This document shows, piece after piece, positions 20,663-30,998 of a stretch of 64,000 nt of DNA. Every line of letters begins with the position of its first letter. Within the stretch, counting starts at the first letter, position 1. The stretch is from NCBI GenBank assembly GCA_029775855.1, contig JARVJZ010000002.1, positions 32,001-96,000 on the forward strand. The letters run 5' to 3'. The position numbers were made by a program, and so were the translations under genes. Under the pieces are notes generated by a model. It ran no database searches. It was not told where the DNA came from and saw only the letters and a program-made list of their open reading frames with translations. The stretch comes from Nitrososphaeria archaeon (GTDB lineage: Archaea; Thermoproteota; Nitrososphaeria; Nitrososphaerales; JAAOZN01).

Positions 20663-21681
20663 TCATACCACCTCTGCGCCATTCGGTATTTAACTTCAAG
20701 CAGATCTCTTAAGATCGCGCTTGCTGTCTCCATGCCACCTGCACCCTTACCTATTATTATTTCGTCACCAGCATACTGTGAGACAAATCTAACAGCGTTC
20801 AATGTGCCGGATATGCAAATAGGGTCGTTGCGATTTATCAGCCTAGGTTTCACATCGATTCGCTCCGCTACTCTACCAACAAGCTTTATGCTTTTACCTT
20901 TTTTCTTCGCCTCTTCTATATCACTCTTCGTGACGTGAGTGATGCCTTCTACACTAAGATCTTTAAGAGTAACCCCTCTTCCCATAAGCCAATTTGCTAT
21001 AATCACAGTCTTGCATGCGGTATCCCAGCCTTCAACATCCAAAGTTGGGTCAGCCTCAGCGTATCCCAGCCTCTGCGCTTCTTTTAGGGCTTCTTCAAAA
21101 CTTTTACCCTCAGCCTCCATTGAAGAGAGTATGTAGTTTGTTGTGCCATTCAATATACCTTCAACCATAACCAACTTGTCAGAAGCTAAACACCTTTTAC
21201 CAAAGTCTAGAATAGGTGTTCCCCCTCCTACTGTGCCGCTGAAGAGCAGAGCCACATTATTGTATCTAGATAACTCAATGAGCTCAGGTAGAGCCAAAGC
21301 TAGCGGACCCTTATTGGTCGTTATAACATTACGCTTAAGCTTAAGAGCATATTCAATATGTGATAAACCTGGTTGGGCGGTCTTTATGTTGGTTGGTGTG
21401 GTTTCGACTACAACATCCAGATCCAAGTTTGATATCAAATCTAAGGCTGAAGCATCTTTCTTACCATGTTTAGATGCCGCTACCGTGCCCTCTCTCTTCT
21501 TGACCTCTAAGACCTCTGCTAGATCGAGCTCTGGATTGGCTACAGCAGCCCCACCTTTATCGACAACACCCACGATCCTAGGGTTAAGACCGTGAACCTT
21601 CACAAGCTCATTCCTTCTCTCCAATATGAGCTTAGCGAAACTCTGCCCCACTACACCGAACCCTATGAGCAATATACGCAT
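20659..21681 (-). CDS. hom: Homoserine dehydrogenase
   Basis: GFGVVG, TTNKGP, GILNGTTNYIL, GYAEADP and GAGGMETA motifs. Confidence 0.95.
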   Translation of the reverse strand: MRILLIGFGVVGQSFAKLILERRNELVKVHGLNPRIVGVVDKGGAAVANPELDLAEVLEVKKREGTVAASKHGKKDASALDLISNLDLDVVVETTPTNIKTAQPGLSHIEYALKLKRNVITTNKGPLALALPELIELSRYNNVALLFSGTVGGGTPILDFGKRCLASDKLVMVEGILNGTTNYILSSMEAEGKSFEEALKEAQRLGYAEADPTLDVEGWDTACKTVIIANWLMGRGVTLKDLSVEGITHVTKSDIEEAKKKGKSIKLVGRVAERIDVKPRLINRNDPICISGTLNAVRFVSQYAGDEIIIGKGAGGMETASAILRDLLEVKYRMAQRWYE

Positions 21682-22035
21682 ACCAACACAACCTCTTTAC
21701 ACACCCCTATTATGCTTTAAGCAAGATATATACGTGACAAGACCACTTCTGTAGTCTTTAAAAGAAAATCTTATCGATTTTCTCTGTGTTATGAATTAAG
21801 GATAAAGCTCATTGGCCAAAAAGACTTAACCCCCCTTATTCTTGTTCGTTAGTCTAAAATTTTAGCTCTAATTAGTAAATACAAGAAAATTAGTTCTACT
21901 TGCTTCAGTAGATATACTTGAAACAGATGTTCTACTTTTAACAATTCATCCATATTAGGTTTGTACTTCTAACATAGCCAAATTTATTCATATGCCAAGT
22001 AGCCTATATCATCGGCAGCATTATATCAACACGGT

Positions 22036-23211
22036 TTATGCACACCAATTTATTAGCGAAGAATAATATGTCCTATTATCAACGTAAAAGAATTTGCCCA
22101 AAATATCTCTGAAAGATTCCTCTAGTGGTATATTTTTTTTACCTCTTTCGGATGCGTACTTTGCATCATACCATTGTTCTTTAAAGATTTGTGCTCCTTG
22201 ACGTAAAGCTCTTCGAGCAAAAGGATATGCGTGCACATCATCTTTAATACCGTACATAGGCATCTTGTTAAAAAGTGGACCAAAGTTTTTACTAGCATAA
22301 CTTGTAAATTTAGAGTAGAGTTCTTTAAAATTATCAGACCAGAAATCTGGATGATATATAGGTTTATTATCTTTAAAAATTATAGTTATTCTTTCTTTTG
22401 AAGATGTGCTAAGTAAATATGTTTCATTTACACCAAAACCAGCGATGACTGTAGGTCGAAAGTTTGGAAGTTCGTTAGATATTTCTAATAGATTATAAAA
22501 AGCCCTAATATTATAATCAAAAAGGTCTGAAGAAGAGCATGCTTCAAGATTCCACCCGAAAAGAGACTTGAACAGAGCTAATTCATCCGCAGATCTATTT
22601 TGCGATTGCGTTATTAGTTCAAACTCTTGTACGTTGGTTCCTTTAATGGATATTTCTATGCATACTTTTACATTTTGGTTAACTTGATACAGTTCATTTA
22701 GCTTTTCCCTTAACAAATTACTATTTTCTTTTTTTCGCCCTACAAATATACCGTTGGTTTGAATTATTATTCCATTGTTAAACTTTTTACTATCCTTTTT
22801 ACTGACTTCTATGAGAACATTAAAAAGGAATTTAATGTAATCCTCATTAAGAAGAGGCTCGCCACCAAGAATTCTTAACCAATTATAACTCTGATAATTC
22901 TTAGGATATTCTATGCCCAAGTAATCAGAAACTAGTCTACTTACGTCAGATATGCGAGTAACCCTACGATTTTTTTGGAATCTATCAACCCAAGCATAAT
23001 CTGACGCAAAGCAAGGGCCACATTTTAGGCAACAACCAGCGAATCTTAGTGCAATTTCATAAGGCGCACCACCGCACCTTTGAATCGCAAACGTCTTATT
23101 ATAGCCTTTAAAACCTGTATCTGTCTCGTTTCCGAGATCTTTTTGAAGAGCCAAAAAAACATTTTGAGTATAGTTTCCATTTAAAGTGAATTGCTTGGTT
23201 GGAGAACTCAA
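22036..23211 (-). CDS. Radical SAM protein of unknown function in an AT-rich islet
   Basis: CCLKCGPC (CxxxCxxC), GGEPLL, QTNG and ISIKG motifs. Confidence 0.85.
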   Translation of the reverse strand: MSSPTKQFTLNGNYTQNVFLALQKDLGNETDTGFKGYNKTFAIQRCGGAPYEIALRFAGCCLKCGPCFASDYAWVDRFQKNRRVTRISDVSRLVSDYLGIEYPKNYQSYNWLRILGGEPLLNEDYIKFLFNVLIEVSKKDSKKFNNGIIIQTNGIFVGRKKENSNLLREKLNELYQVNQNVKVCIEISIKGTNVQEFELITQSQNRSADELALFKSLFGWNLEACSSSDLFDYNIRAFYNLLEISNELPNFRPTVIAGFGVNETYLLSTSSKERITIIFKDNKPIYHPDFWSDNFKELYSKFTSYASKNFGPLFNKMPMYGIKDDVHAYPFARRALRQGAQIFKEQWYDAKYASERGKKNIPLEESFRDILGKFFYVDNRTYYSSLINWCA

Positions 23212-23495
23212 AGCACCTTGTATAATCGCTATGCTTCCTAATAAATTTTATGTATTGTTAAAAATATGTATGAATCTTTACATATAAGTATAAACGTTAC
23301 ATGAATGACAAAATTTAAGATTTGATAATTTAGAAAAGCTCCTGAAGAATAAATCAAAACACGCTATAAGAAAGATTCAAAAAGAAGACTTTTAGGCATA
23401 TACGTTAAGGAAACAGAAATGTGACATATCTTTATATTCTCTTTTTTCAAAGTAAAGCTAAATAATAATTAAACCAAAACATAAGGCGACACCGT

Positions 23496-24434
23496 TTGAG
23501 CTTAAAAAGTATAGCTGTTAGATCACCAGCGACAAGCGCAAACCTAGGACCTGGATTTGACGTCTTTGGAATAGCGTTAAGTGAGCCCTATGACGCTGTG
23601 AAGGTTGCAAAGATAGAGGAGAGAGGGATCGAGGTTACTGTGGGGGGAAAGTTCAGTGAAGGCATACCGGAGAAAGTTGAGGAAAACTCAGCTGGATTAG
23701 CGGCGAAATCTCTTCTTACCCATTTTAATATTAAAGAAGGGGTGCGTATTGAGGTTGAGAAGGGTGTGAAGCCTGGGATGGGGCTTGGTAGCAGCGCAGC
23801 TTCCGCTGTGGCGGCGGTTTACGCACTTAACAAACTCTTTAACCTTAATTTAAGTAGGCGTGAGTTGATTATGTTCTCAGCGCAGGGCGAGAGAGCTTCG
23901 GCTGGGTCTGCTCACGCGGATAATGTTTCAGCAGCGCTCTTAGGCGGCTTCGTGATAGTAAAACCGCATCTTTACGAGGCACAATCTATAGAGCCTCCAA
24001 GCAACCTTGCTCTTTGTGTAGCTGTGCCTGAGGTTAAGCCCCCTCCCAAGAAGACTGGTGTTGCTAGAAGCATCTTACCTCGAAGTGTGAGTTTGATTAA
24101 AGCTGTTCACAACACATCTATGGCGTGCTGGATGGTTGCTTCCCTCACAAAGGGTGATGTTTCTGAGTTTGGTAGAGCTATGCAAGATCTCGTTGTCGAG
24201 CCAAGGAGGGCTAAGATGGTGCCTGGCTACTCTGAAGTTAAGAGATTGGCGTTAGAAGCTGGGGCTGCTGGTGTTGTGATAAGCGGAGCTGGTCCAACGA
24301 TGCTTGCAGTTGTGGATAAGAGGGCTGCTAATCCTGAGGATGTGGCTGAGGCTATGCGTCGAGGATTTGAATCTGTAGGTTTGGCTTCACACTGCTTTGT
24401 CACTACACCAGGTAAAGGTGCTTCTATCATTTGA
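23496..24434 (+). CDS. thrB: Homoserine kinase
   Basis: PATSANLGPGFD, GLGSSAAS, HADN and SGAGPT motifs. Confidence 0.96.
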   Translation: MSLKSIAVRSPATSANLGPGFDVFGIALSEPYDAVKVAKIEERGIEVTVGGKFSEGIPEKVEENSAGLAAKSLLTHFNIKEGVRIEVEKGVKPGMGLGSSAASAVAAVYALNKLFNLNLSRRELIMFSAQGERASAGSAHADNVSAALLGGFVIVKPHLYEAQSIEPPSNLALCVAVPEVKPPPKKTGVARSILPRSVSLIKAVHNTSMACWMVASLTKGDVSEFGRAMQDLVVEPRRAKMVPGYSEVKRLALEAGAAGVVISGAGPTMLAVVDKRAANPEDVAEAMRRGFESVGLASHCFVTTPGKGASII

Positions 24435-25693
24435 ACGGATTTTACTTCTCATGTATAGGCTGTGGAGCTACTTTCTCATTAAGCGAAAACATCTACAGCT
24501 GCTCTAGATGTGGTGATCTGATTCAAATAGAGGTGCCCATAGATGATGTTAAAGAGAAGATAGACCTTAGAGCCCTAAGAAGGCTTCCTATATCGGTATG
24601 GAAGTATGCACCTCTCTTACCAATAGCCGATTTGTCAAAAGTTGTCACACTACATGAAGGTGGCACTGGGCTGCATCACTGTCGCAGACTAGGCTCACTA
24701 CTGGGTTTAGAACACCTCTATGTGAAAAATGAGGGCGAGAACCCAACAGGCTCATTTAAGGATCGAGGCATGACTGTAGGCATAACTAGGGCATTAGAAA
24801 TGGGTGCAAGAAGCGTCATCTGCGCCTCAACAGGCAACACAGCAGCATCTTTAGCAGCCTACAGCGCTAAAGCTGGGCTAAATAGAATCGTCTTAATACC
24901 TTCAGGCAAGATAGCCTACGGTAAGCTCGCTCAAGCAATAGTATACGGTGCGCAGATAGTTCAGATTAAAGGTAACTTTGACGAAGCATTGAAGCTGGTC
25001 TTTGAGATCTGCAGTAGGAATCGGGAGATTTACCTCCTAAACTCCGTTAACCCCTTCCGAATCGAGGGGCAGAAGACCCTTGCATACGAGGTCTGCGACC
25101 AGCTAAATAGACACCCAGACTACTTTATCATCCCAGTTGGAAACGCAGGGAACATCAGTGCGGCTTGGAAGGGCTTTACAGAATACTACAACCTTGATCA
25201 AATCGAAGCCAAGCCGAAGATGGTTGGGGTTCAAGCAGAAGGTGCGGCACCAATAGCCGAAGCGGTAGCTAAAAGAAGTTTAACCATAACGAGCATCAAT
25301 AAACCAGAAACCATAGCTACAGCTATAAGGATAGGAGCACCAGTGAGCTGGAAGAAGGCGTTAAGAGCAATTTATGACTCAGAGGGCACAGCATTAACAG
25401 TAAGCGATGAAGAAATACTTGAGGCACAGAGCCTATTAGCTAGAGTTGAAGGGCTATTTGTAGAGCCGGCGAGTGCAGCACCCATCGCTGCGTTAAAAAA
25501 ACTGAGGGAAGAAAGCTACTTCTCTAAAGAAGATTATGTGGTCTGCGTCACCACTGGGCACGGGCTTAAAGACCCAGATGTCATAAGTAGACTTTACGAG
25601 AAGCCTGTTGAGGTTGAAGCTGAAGTCAGCAGCATAGAGCGGATATTAGGCCTAGCTAAAACAGCAGAAACCTTAGCCGCACAGTACACATAG
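24431..25693 (+). CDS. thrC: Threonine synthase
   Basis: NPTGSFKDRG, ASTGNT, PVGNAGN, EPASA and TGHGLKD motifs. Confidence 0.96.
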   Translation: MNGFYFSCIGCGATFSLSENIYSCSRCGDLIQIEVPIDDVKEKIDLRALRRLPISVWKYAPLLPIADLSKVVTLHEGGTGLHHCRRLGSLLGLEHLYVKNEGENPTGSFKDRGMTVGITRALEMGARSVICASTGNTAASLAAYSAKAGLNRIVLIPSGKIAYGKLAQAIVYGAQIVQIKGNFDEALKLVFEICSRNREIYLLNSVNPFRIEGQKTLAYEVCDQLNRHPDYFIIPVGNAGNISAAWKGFTEYYNLDQIEAKPKMVGVQAEGAAPIAEAVAKRSLTITSINKPETIATAIRIGAPVSWKKALRAIYDSEGTALTVSDEEILEAQSLLARVEGLFVEPASAAPIAALKKLREESYFSKEDYVVCVTTGHGLKDPDVISRLYEKPVEVEAEVSSIERILGLAKTAETLAAQYT

Positions 25694-25710
25694 CGGAGCT
25701 AATCTTCCCT

Positions 25711-28700
25711 CTACACACCTAATTTTCCTTGAGTTGTGAAGTATGTTGTATGTGAAGGTTTAGAAGCATACTCTACTTCAACCAAGGCTAGTTTACTCCA
25801 CGCTGATGACGCTACATCCACATCAAATAAGAGTTTGAAGTAGAGCCAAGTGAAGTCATCCGGCACTTCATATAGATTAGACTCACCTAACACAATTAGC
25901 CTCCCACCTTCGTTTGATGTGTATGCTGCCATAACAACACCAGAGGAGCCAGGTATGTAAGGTATATATGCAGTTGCCAATGGTGTGCTGGCTTCATCCA
26001 AAGTAAGTGTAAGGGCTGAGTATAGTGGCACAACATCGCTAGATCTTAGCTGCTTAAGGCTAGTAAGGGGGTTCAAGAAGCCGTCTATAAAGTTCTGGCG
26101 TGCCTCCAGATTGAATTGTGTTAGAGAAGCGGATTCAAATCCGACATCTAGGTGTATGATGAGCCCTAAGCCTTTTTTGAGGATAGAAGGGAGCAGACTG
26201 CGCCTATAATTATGTAGTTCAGCGTCGTGCAGCACCACAACATCATATTCACCAGATAATAAAGTAGACCAAGGATCGTCTTCTCCTCTGTCGTTAAGGG
26301 TTTGCCAAAGTGAATCCACATCTACACCATTTTCTGAAAGAAAACGCCACCATCCAAAGACATCTAAACCCTGAAAAGAACCGCCCCAAAGGCGCTCAAC
26401 ATCTTGCGGATAGTAGATGCTGTTTTGAATCAGACCTTGAAAGACATCGTCAAAGACCATCTTAATTTTAGGTTGCTTAACTTCAATAAATATCTCGCTT
26501 AAAGCTAAAATCTTAGAACCGTTATTTAACAGAACTTCACCTTGATATACTCCTATTTTCGCAGATGGAGGGATGATGATCTGTAGGGCTACTGAAGTAA
26601 AGCCACCTATCCTTCCTACGCCAACTAAGTGACCTCGACTATAGTCATACCCATATTTGTAGAGGTATGGCACAGGATCAACATTATCTCCAACTTTGTG
26701 ATGAAGAGTTAAATGCGCTGCATCAGAAAATGAAACCAACACAGAGACATTACCCCTAAGCTCAAGAACAGCATCTAGCTGCTCAGTTGTATAAACCCCC
26801 AACTTAATGACCTTAAAGTCTCCTGGGTAGAGCGTTATAAGAGGAGGTGTAAATGAATCTATTCGACTGGGTGTAAGGAAAGTGAAAAGCGGAGAAACAC
26901 CTGTTCTATTCAATTTAGGTAGAACAAGTATCTCTGCTTCGACCAAATTATTTGAGTTGATAACATCATTCCCAAGCGACCAAGCCTCTAAACGGAGAGT
27001 GATGCGCTCAGCAGCCTTACCGATACTAACATTTAAACTGTGTTCAAAGGAAGTGCTCTCATGAGGTTTTAATATCAATGTCTTTACTATGTTTAAAAGT
27101 AGGCGCCCATCAAAAGAAGCCTTTAACTTTAGAAGCACCTCTTCATCGTATGCCCCGAAGTTTGACACCTCAGCGATAAACCTAACTAAACTCTGATTAA
27201 GTGTATATACAGGATACCTTAGCCTAACGCCAACCTCGTGTACCTTAACCTTTGGTTGTCCTTGTTGTGTCATAAGCCAACGGGCAGCGTTTAGTGCGAA
27301 GAGTTTGTTGTCTGAGGCGTTTATGTATTTGTTGTTAAGGAGGTCGTCATCAGCTATGACTAAGACTCGTCCTCCGTTGGTAGAGTTCTCCCAAGCTGCT
27401 ATCCCGATGAAGAAGGGGTCATATGCTATTGCTTCAGCGCCTCCCCTTATCAAAAGGCTTGCAGTGGGGTTCCCAAATTCAAGTGCACTAACATTAGTTG
27501 TGAGAGTGTGTTTAGCTATTTTAGTTGATATCCCCCCTCCACCTGCATTACTCCATCGTATGCCGTATGGCTCTGTGAATCTATCATAACTTTTACTCAA
27601 CAGATCCCCAACGAAAAGTAGACTCCCTCCATCAGCCACGAATCTATGTATCAAGCTCGTGTTGTATGCTGGACTTGATAGATCCTCTGGTTGAGGTATA
27701 AAAAGAAGATGAAAGCTACTCAAATCCACATCAGCAAGATTATTCCGCACGGGAAGTTTGGTTATCTCAGCCCCTTTCTCCTTCAAGAGGTTAAGGAAGA
27801 CGCTAAAGTTAGAGTCAGAGCCTATCGTGATAACCCTAGCTCCTATAAGAGGATCTCCAGCCTCCAGACTCGGTGTAGCATCTCTAATTTCAATCGTAGC
27901 ACCATATGATTTATACAAGTGGTTAGCGCTCTTAGCGGCTTCAAACGCACCTTTCACATCAAGTAACCCAGCGCCTTGAAACATCTGGTCAAGATGCAGA
28001 GATTTGGCGCCCTTCATTAGAGCAGCCTTGACACCTAAAGCGCTTATCCCTGGAAAGGCTTGGATTAGCAGCGCAGCAGCACCGGCAACTTGAGGAGTAG
28101 ACATGGATGTACCCCACATCTCCACATAAGCAGGCTCATCTTTCTTAGAGTAGAAGGCGTTAGCGCCGAGCACCGCTGCACCTACAGCCAATATATCTGG
28201 TTTCGAAGTTATCTCAAATGGCGTTGGGCCTCTACTGCTAAAATAAGTAAGTTCGCCCGTCTCATAGACCGCACCTACAGATATAGCGCTTGGCGAAGTG
28301 GCTGGGCTTAAGATAGAGTATAAGCCTGGTCCGCTGTTTCCAGCAGCAACGCACACGACAACGTTATTCTTCACAGCTTCTTCAACCGCTCTTGCCAGCG
28401 GATCTTCAAATGGAGATGTAGTTGGCGTGCCTCCTAAGCTTAAGTTTATCACGTCAGCGCCGTGCTTAACCGCCCATTCTATCCCAGCTATGATATCAGA
28501 TTCATACGCTAAACCACTCTCGTTGAAAACCTTAATATTATACAGATAGGCTTCAGGTGCTACACCCCTTTGAGTATAGGGTGCAATAGTGGCATTCAAG
28601 AACCTTGTTGAGGCGAAAGTAGTTTTGAAGCCTCTACTACCAGAAGCACCAGTTCCAGCAGCGATACTAGCCACATGAGTCCCATGCCCAATCACATCCC

Positions 28701-29328
28701 TAGTATCGTTAGAGCCTCCTGGTAGAAAAGCTATTTCAGCTAAGATCTTTGGGTCGTCTGTCAGAGGGTCGTCATCCAGATCATCAAGATCAGGATGATT
28801 CTTATCTATGCCCGTGTCGATTATTGCTATTACTACCCCTCTACCTTTATAGCCTTCAGCCCAGACTTTATCAGCCCCTATCAGAGTCGAGGTTTCGTTA
28901 AGCAGCGCAGGGAAACTACCCAAATGAGGATAAACTACGCCTGGAATAAAACTCTGTTGGGAAGTCGTCTTTTTTAACACTTGTAGGTTGAAGACTCTAT
29001 CTGGTTGAATACTTAACCCCTTAACTTCATTTAACTTATTAAATGGAACCTCAACCGCATAATATGGTATAAGAGAGAAACGTCGTAAAACAGTCGACCC
29101 CTCTGGTAAATTCACTTCTTTAGAGCTGTCTACACGGATAAGCAGTCTAACAGTGTCGCCAACTTTAGATAAATGGAGAAGAGGGGCGTCATTTACCAAA
29201 TTTTCTGGTAGAATCGGTAGAGGCGCTTCTAATAGTTGAGCGCCTATAGGCTCTATGAACACATTTAACGATAAGAGAAGTATCAAAGTTAATGGTAGAG
29301 AATAGCCAAAAACCTTTCTAATCAACAA
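25711..29328 (-). CDS. Secreted multidomain S8 (subtilisin-like) serine protease
   Basis: Signal peptide and the triad IIDTG / GHGTHVA / GTSMSTP, with AAGN oxyanion motif and a long C-terminal extension. Confidence 0.92.
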   Translation of the reverse strand: MLIRKVFGYSLPLTLILLLSLNVFIEPIGAQLLEAPLPILPENLVNDAPLLHLSKVGDTVRLLIRVDSSKEVNLPEGSTVLRRFSLIPYYAVEVPFNKLNEVKGLSIQPDRVFNLQVLKKTTSQQSFIPGVVYPHLGSFPALLNETSTLIGADKVWAEGYKGRGVVIAIIDTGIDKNHPDLDDLDDDPLTDDPKILAEIAFLPGGSNDTRDVIGHGTHVASIAAGTGASGSRGFKTTFASTRFLNATIAPYTQRGVAPEAYLYNIKVFNESGLAYESDIIAGIEWAVKHGADVINLSLGGTPTTSPFEDPLARAVEEAVKNNVVVCVAAGNSGPGLYSILSPATSPSAISVGAVYETGELTYFSSRGPTPFEITSKPDILAVGAAVLGANAFYSKKDEPAYVEMWGTSMSTPQVAGAAALLIQAFPGISALGVKAALMKGAKSLHLDQMFQGAGLLDVKGAFEAAKSANHLYKSYGATIEIRDATPSLEAGDPLIGARVITIGSDSNFSVFLNLLKEKGAEITKLPVRNNLADVDLSSFHLLFIPQPEDLSSPAYNTSLIHRFVADGGSLLFVGDLLSKSYDRFTEPYGIRWSNAGGGGISTKIAKHTLTTNVSALEFGNPTASLLIRGGAEAIAYDPFFIGIAAWENSTNGGRVLVIADDDLLNNKYINASDNKLFALNAARWLMTQQGQPKVKVHEVGVRLRYPVYTLNQSLVRFIAEVSNFGAYDEEVLLKLKASFDGRLLLNIVKTLILKPHESTSFEHSLNVSIGKAAERITLRLEAWSLGNDVINSNNLVEAEILVLPKLNRTGVSPLFTFLTPSRIDSFTPPLITLYPGDFKVIKLGVYTTEQLDAVLELRGNVSVLVSFSDAAHLTLHHKVGDNVDPVPYLYKYGYDYSRGHLVGVGRIGGFTSVALQIIIPPSAKIGVYQGEVLLNNGSKILALSEIFIEVKQPKIKMVFDDVFQGLIQNSIYYPQDVERLWGGSFQGLDVFGWWRFLSENGVDVDSLWQTLNDRGEDDPWSTLLSGEYDVVVLHDAELHNYRRSLLPSILKKGLGLIIHLDVGFESASLTQFNLEARQNFIDGFLNPLTSLKQLRSSDVVPLYSALTLTLDEASTPLATAYIPYIPGSSGVVMAAYTSNEGGRLIVLGESNLYEVPDDFTWLYFKLLFDVDVASSAWSKLALVEVEYASKPSHTTYFTTQGKLGV

Positions 29329-29417
29329 CCCAAAAAGGAAGATACACTATGCAAGTAGATAAAGATTAGGCGAAGAGGTGCAGATAAGGTTAATAAAACA
29401 AAACACTCAACCCAGCA

Positions 29418-30989
29418 GTGAGCACCATGAGCGAGAATGTTAAGAAGATCCTAGAGAAGGTTGAGGAACTCAAGAAAAGAAAAGAAACCATCAAACTAGG
29501 CGGAGGTCCAGAAAGAATAGCCAAACAACATGCAGAAGGAAGGCTTACAGCCAGAGAAAGACTCGACGCATTCTTCGACCCGGGCACATTCGTAGAAATA
29601 GATGCCTTCGGAAGAACGATAGGCCGAGAACTAGGAATGGATAAGGTGAATCTACCTGGAGATGGTGTGATTATAGGCTACGGGTTGGTTGACGGCAGAC
29701 CAGTAGCAGCTATGGCTCAAGACTACACGTGCTTAGCTGGGACGATGGGTGAGATGCACGGTAGGAAGATCGTTAAAATAACCAAATTAGCTGCTGAATG
29801 GAATATCCCCATAGTGGGTTTCAACGAATCTGCTGGTGCTAGACTGCAAGAGTTCCTCGAAGTCTCTAGAACATACGGCGAATGGTTCTACTATACTTCA
29901 ATATATTCCGGTGTAATACCTCAGATAGCGGTTATGATGGGTGTGGTCGCTGGAGGGCAGTCTTACCAGCCAGGTTTAAGCGACTTCATATTCATGACGA
30001 AGAACTCTGCAGCATTTATCGCCGGCCCTCCCCTAGTCGAAGCTGTAACTGGAGAGAAGGTTTCGGTTGAAGATCTTGGTGGAGCTCAGATGCACGCTTC
30101 AGTCAGCGGAGTGTGCCACGTGCTCGCTGAAGACGAGATCGACTGCATAAATAAGGTTAGGGAGCTCCTTAGCTATTTGCCATCTAATAATAGGCAGAAG
30201 CCTCCTTGGGTGCCTACTGGCGACGACCCTAATAGGACTTGTGAAGCGCTATATGAGATAGTGCCAGCAAACCCCAAGATACCTTACGATATGCATAACG
30301 TAATCTATGAAATTGTTGATAACGGTAGGTTCTTTGAGATACATCGCGATTACGCCAAGAGTATGATAGTAGGATTTGCTAGATTTAACGGCTACAGCGT
30401 TGGTATAGTTGCTAACAACCCACTTTATCTTGCTGGAGGAATAGATGTCTGGGCAGCAGAAAAGGCTGCTAGATTCATAAGATTCTGTGATGCATTCAAT
30501 ATACCCCTAGTCTACCTAGTGAGCACACCAGCCTACATAGTGGGCTCAGTTCAAGAGCGGCTAGGCATGATTTACAGAGGAGCAACACTTCTACACGCAA
30601 CATCAGAGGCTACCGTCCCTAAGATCACAGTAATAATAGGCTGGGCCTATGCTGGCGCTTACATAGCCATGGGGTCAAAGTATCTTGCAGCAGACCTTGT
30701 CTATGCTTGGCCTACAGCAGAGATCGGTCTAGTCGCAGCAGAAGGCGTTGTTAACGTAGTTTACAGAAAGGAGATAGCAGCAGCACCAAACCCCGAAGAA
30801 GAAAGAAAGAAGAGGGAAGAGGAGTTCAGAGAAACATTCATGAAGATCTACTACCCAGCATCATACCAGCACGTAGATGATGTAATAGATCCAAAAGACA
30901 CGAGAATAATAATCATAAAGTCTCTAGAAGCTTTGAAGTATAAGAGGCAGAAGCTTCCATGGAAGAAGCATAACAACATGCCTCTATAA
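29418..30989 (+). CDS. Acyl-CoA carboxylase/decarboxylase carboxyltransferase subunit (PccB/MmdA-like)
   Basis: GRLTARER, PGDGV, GARLQE, LGGA..H, RFIRFCDAFNIP and KKHNNMPL motifs. Confidence 0.92.
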   Translation: MSTMSENVKKILEKVEELKKRKETIKLGGGPERIAKQHAEGRLTARERLDAFFDPGTFVEIDAFGRTIGRELGMDKVNLPGDGVIIGYGLVDGRPVAAMAQDYTCLAGTMGEMHGRKIVKITKLAAEWNIPIVGFNESAGARLQEFLEVSRTYGEWFYYTSIYSGVIPQIAVMMGVVAGGQSYQPGLSDFIFMTKNSAAFIAGPPLVEAVTGEKVSVEDLGGAQMHASVSGVCHVLAEDEIDCINKVRELLSYLPSNNRQKPPWVPTGDDPNRTCEALYEIVPANPKIPYDMHNVIYEIVDNGRFFEIHRDYAKSMIVGFARFNGYSVGIVANNPLYLAGGIDVWAAEKAARFIRFCDAFNIPLVYLVSTPAYIVGSVQERLGMIYRGATLLHATSEATVPKITVIIGWAYAGAYIAMGSKYLAADLVYAWPTAEIGLVAAEGVVNVVYRKEIAAAPNPEEERKKREEEFRETFMKIYYPASYQHVDDVIDPKDTRIIIIKSLEALKYKRQKLPWKKHNNMPL

Positions 30990-30998
30990 AGCAGCTTA

